From contig NC_059429.1 of NCBI RefSeq assembly GCF_021028975.2, positions 91,884,001-91,948,000 of the forward strand: DNA of 64,000 nt. The letters run 5' to 3'. How positions within the stretch are numbered: position 1 is the first letter of the stretch; every line of letters begins with the position of its first letter. This DNA is from Sphaerodactylus townsendi. Taxonomy: Eukaryota. The notes below the pieces were generated by a model that saw nothing but the letters and a program-made list of their open reading frames with translations, was not told the DNA's origin and did not search any database. Below, piece by piece: positions 50,765 to 61,542 of the stretch. Both the position numbers and the translations under genes were made by a program.

Positions 50765-51562
50765 TATGGCTTATGAACTGGGGGGTCATATCTTTTTAAA
50801 GACTCTTATCACAGACCATTTTCCTGAGCCCTCACCCTTAGGAAAGTTTCATTATCGAACTTGAAGATAGTGCAAATTGATAAAGCAGATGTGGTATTAA
50901 CATCTTCCTTGTGGTATGTGATGTAGCTAAGGCAGCATGTTAAAAATGATTTGATCTTCACTTGCAGATTTGGCCTATGGAAAGTTACTCAACTGAATTC
51001 TCAGAACTCCACAAACAGTAAAATGTTCAACAAATGTCTCTGAATAACATTACCCCAATTAGCTACTTCTCTGCTTTAGATTCTGTACCCCAAAATAAGT
51101 TATGAATCACTCCAAATCATGGACCTCTGGACTCTGTAGCGCATACAATGCAAGCCACCATACAGGGGAATCTATTCCAAATACCTTTTTTTGTGTGTGT
51201 GCGAAGTGAATAGCGGAAATTTTTGCAAAACACTCACACATACTAGGTTTTGGACAAGGGAATAGGTTATGTTAATTTTAGGGAAATCATCAGAATTTTA
51301 TTAAAAAAAGACTTTTCAGTCATTCAGTAAACAAATTACTGATTGACTGATGTCATCATATTCAGTCAACAGATTACAAGACATGAAAACCACATTTGAG
51401 TCTAACAGCCAAGGTTGCTAGCACGAGAGGAAAAAGCAAGAACAATGCAAGCAAATGTATCTCTTTAAGGCAAGAAGACAACCATTTCAGAAAAGACTAT
51501 CCCGAAGAAAAATCCTCTCTTGGGCTGAACCATTACACCACAGCTTTGCTCCTTCTGCAACA

Positions 51563-51702
51563 ATGCCCAATCTTGTCAGATCTCAGAAGTTAAACCAGGT
51601 TGGCCCTGTTTCATGTCTTGCAAACCACCACTGAACATTTCTTGTCTTGAAAAGCCTGTGGGATTGCCATAAATCAGCTGTGAACTGATGGCAAAAAAAA
51701 AA
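51563..51702 (+). mobile_element. 5S rRNA-derived SINE, decayed
   Basis: GCCCAATCTTGTCAGATCTCAGAAGTTAAACCAGGTTGGCCCTG is 5S-like; tail shared with 1402-1580; ends in an A-run. Confidence 0.6.
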
Positions 51703-53357
51703 AAGGACAGAACAGCAGCACTTTGGGTGTCCTTCACCACTGATTGTAACTGAGGATGAGGCCACGAGATGGTAAACATACTTGCTCTGGTGCAAATCCA
51801 TATCTGACCGTGTGAATTAGTTATCTGTTAGCTGAAACCATGAAGAGGGATCGGGTAGAATAGATTATAGAATTCACTGCTACTAAATCCAAACAAAAGT
51901 GACCTCCACTGGGACCCATCACAGATATACATTTAGTAACGATAGATAATAGGAAACCTTAAAATTACATTTTTAGCACTTGCATTATTGTGGCTGCTGG
52001 CGAAACTAAACAGCTGATCAGTGGTGAGATCAAAATTTTTTAGTAACAGGTTCCCTCGCCAGCTCCCCCTCAGCAAAGGGGGCAGAGGCATACCTAGGCA
52101 AACCTGAGCCGTGGGCAAAACCTGAGTTGGATGCCCCCCTCATGGGCAGCCACCCCACCACGACTCCCCCCAATTCTTTTGCACCAGGTCATTTCTAAAT
52201 CATCATCACATTATAGAAAATGCCCCAACGCACAAATCTGAACACAGCAATGGTGAAACACACAGGTTCTTTGATAGAGACTGGTGAGATAAAAGGTATG
52301 AAAGGCTGAGAATCAATGAATTGTAGTACCTGAAAGGGATTAACCCAGTTCAGGGAGTTACATTATTAGTCACAAGTGCTATATGGAACCTTCACATTCA
52401 AAGGCAGTATGCCTCTCGGGGAGGCGAGGGCATGGAGATGGAAAAGCGGACCCAATTAGTAACCCCCTCTCGGCACACACAAATAATTAGTAACCCACTC
52501 TCTGGAACTGGTGAGAACCTGCTGGATCCCACATCTGCAGCTGATGTTTCCTCAGTGGGATATAATTGCTAGGAGAGTCTCCCTCCCTCCTGGTTCTATT
52601 GAAGTACGCATTTCAAGTACCCAAGGGGACTTGAAAAAGGTGTTCCCCTCCAGCTGAAGTGAAAGTGGGTCCACGTGTATGAAGAAACAGAAGTAAGTCC
52701 TCTCTCCCTCCCTCTGTTGCTCTCTGGATGGGGTGTATGGTAATGTGTCTGCTGCCCTGCAGAAATGCTTCTTTGCCTCCACCTGTGTTCTGCATGTATA
52801 TTTGTAAATGAAGCAAATGTCACAAAGATTCTGTCAAAATGCCCTGTGGTAAATCCGGGAGTGTACTTGCCACAGAACTTTTTGCCCTGCTTCTCTCTTC
52901 ATTGCTCCCCAGTTCTTCCTGGGATTTGAGGCAGGGCCAGTGCATTATGCCCCAACTGTTTCTTCATGAGCCTGGTGCTTCTCTATTTGCACCGTGAGCT
53001 CTTCTGCAATGTCTTCCATGCATGCGCAGACAACCTCCATTTCCCATGTTCTGATTGGCTGAATCCCTCCATATTTTTCCACTGAAAGGGCGGGCACCGA
53101 TTCTCAGTGCCTGTTCATTTGTGAGGTGGGCCAGAGCAGCAAGGAGGGGAAAATGCCCCCGGTTCTGCTGCTGTGGAGATTTTCATGGCAGCAGAAGCCA
53201 CCGGAGCAACAAAGGGGCATTTAAAAAGAACCTCAAATTTGATGGTTTTGGAAATTTGCAGAGCAAAGCCAATGCTGCGGGGCAGCACCAGGGCAACAAC
53301 GTGGCAGACATGCTGCAGCATCTGGGAGCCGTAAATAACTTCCAGCTGCACCAGAGT

Positions 53358-55545
53358 GAATAGAATAGAATAGAATAGAATCTTTATTGGCCAAGTGTGA
53401 TTGGACACACAAGGAATTTGTCTCCGGTGCATATGCTCTCAGTGTACATAAAAGAAAAATACATTTGTCAAGAATCATAAGGTACAGCACTTAATGATTG
53501 TCATACAGGTCTAGTAAGCAATCAGGAAACAATCAATAGTAATGAAAACATAAAATGTAAAATCATAAAATAAAATAAAATAAAATGTCAGCTGGGCTAT
53601 AGTCATACAGTCCGCCGAGGTGGGGAGGAGATGGGTAATAGGAATGATGAAAAAAAGTAGTGCAGTAATTATATAATAAGTATATAATAAATAGTTTAAC
53701 ATTATCCCGAGGAATTATTTCTTTTAACAGAGTGATGGCGATTGAGGAAAAAAACTTTGATGTATGTCTAGTTGTCTTGGTGTGCAGGTGCTCGTGTGGC
53801 GGCGTTTAGAGGTAAGAGTTGAAACAGTTTATGTCCAAGATCTGCGGGGTCGGTAAATGTACCACTGCCCTTTTTTTTTGACTTCAAGTGCAGTATACAG
53901 GTCCTCTCCAATGGAAGGCAGGTTAGCAGCAATTGTTTTTCTGCAGTTCTGATTATTCTCTGAAGTCTGTGTCGATCTTGTTGGGTTTGCGGGGCCAAAC
54001 CACACAGTTATAGAGTGCAGATGACAGACTCAATAATTCCTCTGTAGAACTGTATCAGCAGCTCCTTGGGCAGTTTGAGCTTCCTGAGGTTGAGCAGAAG
54101 AACATTCTTTGTTGTGCTTTTTTTTGATGACATTTTGATATTAGGTGACCATTTTAGGTCATGAGATATGATGGAGCCCTAGAATTTAAAGGTCTCTACT
54201 GTTGATACTGTGTTGTCTAATTATTGTGTGAGAGAGGAGGTAGGATGGGAGGTTTCTCCTGAAATCTACCACCACCATTTCTACGGTTTTAAGTATTGTT
54301 CAGTTCTAGATTGTTCAGTGGCACCACGAGGGCTGGATTGTTCAACCTCCCGTCTGTATGCGGTTTCATCGTTGTCTCGAATGAGACCAATCACTGTTAA
54401 TATCATCTGCAAATTTCAGTATTTTAACAGATGGATGCGTTTGAGATGCAGTCATTGGTATACAGAGAAGAGAGAAGTGGTGAGAAATTACACAGCCTTG
54501 GGGCCCACCAATGCTCATTTACAGGTGTCTGATGTAATTTTCCTAGCTTCACCTGCTGTTTCCTATCTGTTAAGGAAGCTTGTGATCCACTTACAAATAT
54601 GCTCGGGTACTGCTAGCTGATTTAGTTTGGTTAGAAGAGGATGTCGGTCTGATAGTATTGAATGCTGTTAAAAGTCAACAAAGAGGACCCTTGCATAGGT
54701 CTTTGGCAATTCAAGATGCTGGGATATAGTGCAAAGCCATATTAACAGCATCGTCTGTCGATATCTATTTGCTTTCGGTATGCACAGAATTGCAAGGGTC
54801 CAACAAAGGATCATTGATGGTTTCAAATGGTACATCACTAGCCTTTCAAAGTTTTCATAACTACAGATGTTAGAGCAACTGGTCTGTAGTCGTTCAGTTC
54901 CTTGATGGAAGGCTTCTTGACTGGGGCGATAATTGGAGTGTTTGAAGCAGGAAGGAACATATAGCACCTCTCTAGTGATTTGTTGAAGATTTGGGTGAAA
55001 ATGGGGGGAAAATTGGACAGCACAGACTTTTAAGCAAGAAGGTGTTATCTTGTCTGGGCCTGAATTGCTTTTCAGGCTTCTGTCTGTGAAATAGATCTTG
55101 CACTTCCTTTTCACAGAGATCACCAGGGTTGTAAAGCCCAATGGGAAATGGAGTTCAGTTGTGGGAAGGTTGGCGATTGTTGGTGCGTCTGGGATAGAGG
55201 GTGTGGAGCACGGTGACTGTAGATTGTTTTCAAACCTACAGTAGAACACATTCAGGTCATCTGCCAATTGCTGATTTCCTTCAGCTTGGGAAGGTGGTTT
55301 GCTGTAACCGGTGATATTTTTGAGAGTTTTCCACATGTTTGCTGTTTCGTTTGGTGAAAACTGATTTTTTAGCTTTTCAGAGTCGTTTCTTTTTGCTGCT
55401 CTGATCTCCTTTGTTAATACATTTCTGGCCTGATTATACAGCATTCTATCACCCTTTCTGTAAGCCTCTTCTTTGGAACGGCGTAACTGCTTAAGTTTAG
55501 CTGTGAACCAAGGTTTGTTGTTACTATATATACGCAAGTTCCTGG
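53358..55545 (-). mobile_element. Rex1/Babar-like non-LTR retrotransposon, 5'-truncated and frameshifted
   Basis: NNKPWFT..., LADDLNVFYCRFE, GPDKI, LNDYRPVALTSVVMK, YARVLFVDF; (CTATT)n 3' tail seen as GAATAGAATAG at 53358-53381. Confidence 0.85.
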
Positions 55546-56464
55546 AGTGTTCTCCATGATAACAACGGGGCATTTTTACTGTGAAAAATCAGCCTATGTT
55601 TCTAGTGTGCTCTCATCCAAAGGGAGTCAACCCAGGTAAATATCACCCTCAGAACTTCTCATGGCTCAGAAAAGGGAACAGGTAACAATTTCTTACTTTT
55701 AACTTTTCTCCTTGAGCTAATATTATTTCTCAATAAACTAAAATATTTTTACATGATTTTGGCTCTGAGTGCGTGTGTTAACCAAATCCAGAACCCATGT
55801 AAGGGGTAATGATTCCGACTCTTACACCACAGCTTCGTTTTTAAAAGAAGCTTGTAACTTCCTATGAGGTTAGATTACAAGATTGAGTTTTTGCAAGACA
55901 CCTGGGTGTATCTCAGAACAAGTAGGATAAGATTTTTATTTTCGGCACTTCCTGCATAGAATGGTGCTTGTCTGTGTGCATAAATATGCCTAAGAACCTA
56001 TCAAGAGAAACATCTAGAAAACCTTTCCTCATCCAGATTGTAATAACTGTTACCAGAAGTAGTGTATTTTACAAGAAGGAAATCTATTGACCACGCTTAG
56101 GTAATTGCTTCCTCTTAAGGATTTTCAGTCTATGTTTTACTTTTGCTAGTTTAATATTTTCTTGAAGAGGCTTGACTGATATGCTTTACTCATATATGTT
56201 GTTTGTTTCAGGGTAATATACCAATATACCTGGAATTAGGAGTACTTGGACAAATATAAGCCTCTAAGAGCAATTTGATTCTGCAGATTCCCCCACAAAA
56301 ACTGCTTTTTGAGAGACAAAAGGCAGAAGGGGACAGCTCATCTAATTCTGTGTGAAGTAAAACTCTGAGGCTGGCAAGATTTCTTAAAGTGGATTATCAT
56401 CACTACGTCACGCTTCTTTGCTGGGCTCTTCTGCCTGAGGACTGTGCTTGAATTTCAGTGGAAG

Positions 56465-56814
56465 ATGACCAATAGCAACCTGTCCAACGACCCTCTGCTT
56501 ATTGTCTACATAACTATTGAAGCCCTGATAGGATTGATGGCCACCCTGGGAAATGTTCTGGTAATCTGGGTAGTGAGACTGATCCCAGCCAACCAGAATA
56601 CTACTTTTTACTTCATTGTGTCTCTGGCCCTGGCTGATATCGCTGTTGGGATTCTTGTTGTTCCACTGGCCATTGTAGTGAGCTTGGGACTTAAAATGCA
56701 CTTCTATGCTTGCCTCCTCATCTGCACCCTGTTGATGGTTTTTTCTCATGCATCCATCATGTCCTTGATGGCCATAGCAGTCGATCGGTACTTGAGAGTA
56801 AAGGTTCCCACACA
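56465..56814 (+). CDS. ADORA3: Adenosine A3 receptor-like paralog B, coding exon 1 (TM1-TM3); 321-aa protein
   Basis: GGAAGATGA start; MTNSNLS (N-glycan sequon), [60 protein letters not shown]; donor CA|GTGAGT; 350 bp. Confidence 0.92.
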
Positions 56815-58878
56815 GTGAGTATCATTAATGTAGTGCCAATGAATTTCATTCCAGTATGATCTGGCATCAATCGTGTCATGGCTCCTGTGGCTATCTCTCC
56901 TTTCTTTCAGTCCATACTTACTCAGAAAATAAGCTGTCTACTATCTCAGTAACTCGGGCACCAGGTTTAGGGTTTGTGTCAGAAATTTACTAAACGGAAC
57001 CTGTCCCCTTAATATCCCTTCAAAATATTTTCAAATTGAACAGAATTATTTCTGACGCTTGGTAGCAGTTGGAAATCTGACAACTATTCTAAACTCAGTT
57101 TAACTCAGACAGCAAGGGGGGAAAGTCATTTAGCAGATGTATGTTGACAGTGATGACACATAATCAGCAAGATTAGCCAGATGAACAACATGGCCACAAT
57201 TGGTGGGTTGTGTACAGCATTTGGACTTTCTGTTGGTTACTATATGTTCTCAATGCCTTTGGGACAGGTTTGTGATACCATATAAACCTAGGTCCTGTGT
57301 TTATTTGAGATGTTTTGTTCTCTGAGGCTGCATGCACCAAGCAGCTTTAAAGGTTTTCCTTGCTACTCCCTCCCCTACATGATAAGCAATCTCCTGGGGC
57401 TTTCTCCCCCCTCAGTAAGAGAACACACACAAGAGAGATTGGTGATGACACAGGATCAGATAATCTCTCTGTACAAGAAGGAACTGCTGATTCCTGATGT
57501 TGATTTCATTTTACAGCTTTATGGTGATCATATTAACAAGTTTGTTTGTATGTGGGTGATAAGCCAAGAAGATTGTTTTCAAGTTTAAAAAAAACAGAGC
57601 ACATGTGCAAGGGAAGCTAACCCTCCCCATTTTTCCTTGCTCTATGTCACAAAGCATAGGTTTCCCTAGGCAGACTCCAATAACTAAGCTGAAAAATGAA
57701 ACAGAGTGAGGCAGAACACAGCAGAGGATAGGACTGAGCTTGGGCCTGAAATGGGGAAGGAAAGATCCCTTGGGTGAAGAGCGAAGAAGACCTGTGGTAT
57801 TTCTTCCAAATGCTGGTTGTGGCGGTAGAGTTATACATGGAAATGTTTCCTTTGAAACTAGGAAATGTTGAATAGATTAATTTCACTATTCAACTAGACT
57901 TACTTGCAATTTTGAAGTAAAGTGAAATAATATCATAAGAGTTAAATTCAAAGCAAGGTGTTTTTGGACAGCCCTAGTCAGTGCTGTCTGACCCATTTGT
58001 TTCACCTTGCTAGCAATCAGAAACCTTTCAAAAGCAATCAAGCGACACGATGCCTTTCCGTCTACAAATGTCCCAACAATCAGCTAAATAGTTATTGCTT
58101 TAGATCAAAGCAGTCTATAATCTAAAATATGTATATCCCATCCTGCCATTAAAATGCATTGGGTGACCTTGGGATGGTTATTCTCAGTCAAACCTACCCC
58201 ACATGTTAATGCAAGGATAAAATGGAGGAAGGAAAGGATGTTGTAATTGTTGTGGGTCCCTAGTTGGGGGAAAACTTGGTATAAATATCTAAATTAATTA
58301 ACAACAGCCATTTAAATCATTTTTTCTGGTTTTGATAATAAATTGGCAAAAGAACTATTATTCTATGTATGTTTAATCCATCTATGCCTAGAAGGAGTGA
58401 CCTAAATTCCAAACTGCCTTTGGCTTTCCCACTAAAAACTAAGACTAGGCAAGGCAATCCTTGCTATTTCCTTATCCTTCCTTCCCCATCCACTGCTATC
58501 AATAGTCTACTTATGCCAAATTGCTATATTTTCTCATTCCCATCCTGCTATTTCCTCCCCCCATGTTATTTGCCCTTAGCTCCTTTTCTACACATGAGTT
58601 TCTGCTTAAATCTCACTGGCTAGGGATCAGCAAAGAAGAATAGGCAACCTCGAGCCCTTCGGGGAGGAGGTGGCCTATAAATTTAATTAATAAATTAAAA
58701 AAAATAAACCTGCCATTTGATTACACTGGGGGCAGGAAACACAGGGGTTTAGTTGAAGCTTAGGAACATCAAGTCAGCATTTTAGTATAATCAATACAAT
58801 AATTGTGCATGAAGGTGTTGCAAAGAAAGACCTGACTATACAAGAACTGCAGCTAACATGTTTTTTTTTTCAAAATAG

Positions 58879-59494
58879 GTACAGAATAATTGTTACCCGG
58901 AGGAGAATCTGGGTGGCTCTGGGAACTTGCTGGTTCATGTCTTTCTTGGTGGGTCTTGTGCCCTTGTTTGGATGGAACCGAAGGAACCCCCAAAACCCCA
59001 GCTTCTTGGAATGTCATTTTCAGAATGTGATGAACCTAGATTATGTCGTGTTCTTCAGCTTCTTTTCCTTGATCCTTGTTCCACTGCTGATCATGTGCAT
59101 CCTTTACGTAGAGGTCTTCCGTGTCATCCAAAGACAGCTAAAGCAAACTGCAACATCCGTCCAGGGAACAGGAATATTTTATAGAAGGGAATTTAGAACA
59201 GCCAAGTCTTTGGCCCTGGTCCTTTTTCTGTTCATTGTGTGCTGGTTGCCTTTGTGCATTCTGAACTCAATCTCACGTTTCTGCCAAACTTGTAGAATAC
59301 CTCCGTTACTGTTCTATCTAGCCATTCTGCTCTCTCATGCCAATTCAGCTATGAATCCCATTGTTTATGCCCTCAGGATCAACAAGTTCAGAAAAACCTA
59401 TATTCTCATTTTCAAAACGTTCATTTTGCACATGAAACGAGAACCTGATGCTGAGAATTCATCAATAGATCAGTTGTCAGAAGATACTCTCTGA
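58879..59494 (+). CDS. ADORA3: Adenosine A3 receptor-like paralog B, coding exon 2 (TM4-TM7)
   Basis: Acceptor T10-CAAAATAG|G; FGWN...FLECHF, REFRTAKSL, CWLPLCILNS, ILLSHANSAMNPIVYA; TGA at 59492-59494. Confidence 0.92.
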
Positions 59495-60092
59495 AAGTAC
59501 AAGTGTTCAATTCTTCAACCATAGAGAAAGCCCAGTTCATATAATGCTAGTACAATCTGGGACCTTCATACTACTTGAATTGTATCTTCCAATATACTCT
59601 GTGCACTACTGCATTCCTCAGACAGCTTTTTCCTGGCAGCATCATTACCTAGGATGGTCCATTTGGCAATGGTTTTGTCACAGGCATTCTCTGTCATAGG
59701 TCTATTCCTCTGGAATGGCCTACCAGAGGGTGCAAGTGTGGTGGGCCCCTTTACTTGCCATGTACAGGAAGGCAAGCAAGAGTGTTCTGTGCTAGAGGGC
59801 AAACTGTTTTAGTGGGATCATCTCTGTGTGCTGGTTTCTAACACCATGTTTTAATTCTGCATTGGTTTTAATTTGCTGGACACCTGTGACTGCAATAACT
59901 ATCCTCAGGATTGCACTGTCTATGTCTTTTTTTCTACAATCAAAAAGGATCCTGCAACTCTACAGAAAGGCACTTCTGCCACTAGCATCTTTAATACCAG
60001 CAACCCCCCTTTTACAACTCCTTCTTTTTCTCTGTTTTTGAAGGGAACAACCAGGAACCCGGACCATGCCATCAATAGCCATGGGCTGCATG

Positions 60093-60822
60093 CAGTGGCG
60101 TACCACTCAGGGGAACATATGAGGTCAGATGTTCCCGGGTGGAGGCCATTTAGTCACGTGGGGCATGGAGAATCTCTTCTGCATGTAGGGAGTGGCGGCA
60201 GCGGCTGTGGGGCTGTTGCGGGGCTGCCCTCACCTGGGTTCAGTGGTGCCGCTGCACTTAATGGGTTGCAAGGCAAGCTTGTGCTCTCCCCTGCCCAGCG
60301 AGAAGGCTTGGGTGGCATAAGGCTGGCTTGCTGGGTTCCTGGTCAGCCAGGAAGTATTTAAGTCAAGGCGAGAGGGAGCTGCAGCCCACCGGGGAAAGAA
60401 CTAGCCAGCCCGGGCAGCTTCAGGCCAGCAAGAAACCACCTGTTTGCTGGTTGCTCCAGTGTAGTTGCACAGCGAAGATGCCTGTGCCTTCACCTCAGCC
60501 AAGCAGGCAAGCCTGGGGGAAAGGGTGGCCAAGCAGCCCTTTTGAGCCCCCTCTGCCTGAGGAAGCCAGAGGGGGCAGCTCTAGAGCTGCAGCTGGGCAA
60601 GCTGTAGACTGCCGAAGGCCCCAAAGGGGAGCGACCGGCAGTCAGCACTTTAAGGTGTGTGTGGGGGAGCTGGTGGTAACTTTTGGGTGACCTTGGAGGA
60701 TCTCCATCGAGCTGCCCCCGTGCAAAAAAAAATTGTTTGGTCGTGGTGGGGGATGGTGGCCACCCATATGGGGGTGGGACTCAGATTTTGCCCCGGGATG
60801 CATTTTCCCTAGATCACCTCTG
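60093..60822. mobile_element. Non-autonomous hAT-like element
   Basis: Starts CAGTGGCGTACC; its right end is homologous to 50580-50704 and, inverted, to 52083-52190. TSD not clear. Confidence 0.55.
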
Positions 60823-61404
60823 CCTGCCCTGCATGCACATGTGTCACCCAATGTTATGCACATTTCTGTGTTGGAAGCCATACAAGGAAATAATCTATAA
60901 ATCATTAATGTATAAATACATAAAGAAAATAAAATTACTATACTAAAGATTTCATTGCTTTTGGAGATCCTGCCCTGAAGGGGGTAGAAGTCTAACTATA
61001 ATAGAGACAGAAGAAAGATCCATGAGTAGCCACATTGCTGAAATGGCTGATGCAAAGCAGATTGAGCCCATGTGGTCAAAGCAGAGGTTGGGGCTCTCTC
61101 CAGGATGTAGAAGCCTAGAGGTGTTAGAGGGCAACCACAGTTTTGTGGCCAGAGTATAAACCTTTGTCAAAATATCTAGCCAGGCATTTCACTAAGAGAA
61201 CATGAATTGTCAGAGTCTGAGAGTACCTCAGTCTTGAAAATGTAGCAGAGGAATTCAAATGTGGTTTCCAGTGATTTATAAAACTGCTGAAACTTCTAGG
61301 AACTGCCAGTGGTATGACACAAAGATGGGTGTGGCATGATGGTCCAACTCTGGTGTTTCAGTTGTTCATGGACTACAGTTCCCATCAGCCCATGCTGGCT
61401 TCAC

Positions 61405-61542
61405 CAGGGGTGTCCAACTCTGGCACTTCAGATGTTAATGGACTACAATTCCCATCAGCCCCTGCTGGCATGGCCATGCCAGCAAGGGCTGATGGGAATT
61501 GTAGTCCATGAACATCTGAAGCGTCAGAGTTAGACACCCCTG
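61405..61542. mobile_element. Palindromic hAT MITE, preceded by a half copy (~61340-61400)
   Basis: CAGGGGTGTCCAACTCTG...CAGAGTTAGACACCCCTG; palindrome centred on GCATGGCCATGC. Confidence 0.85.

Noticed and set aside
50580-52190. Inverted hAT ends as the cause of the ADORA3 inversion
   Set aside because: They enclose only ~1.4 kb of non-coding DNA, do not flank either gene, and appear much younger than the paralog divergence.
58805-58878. N-terminal part of the 229-aa ORF
   Set aside because: Intronic polypyrimidine tract upstream of the acceptor at 58878.
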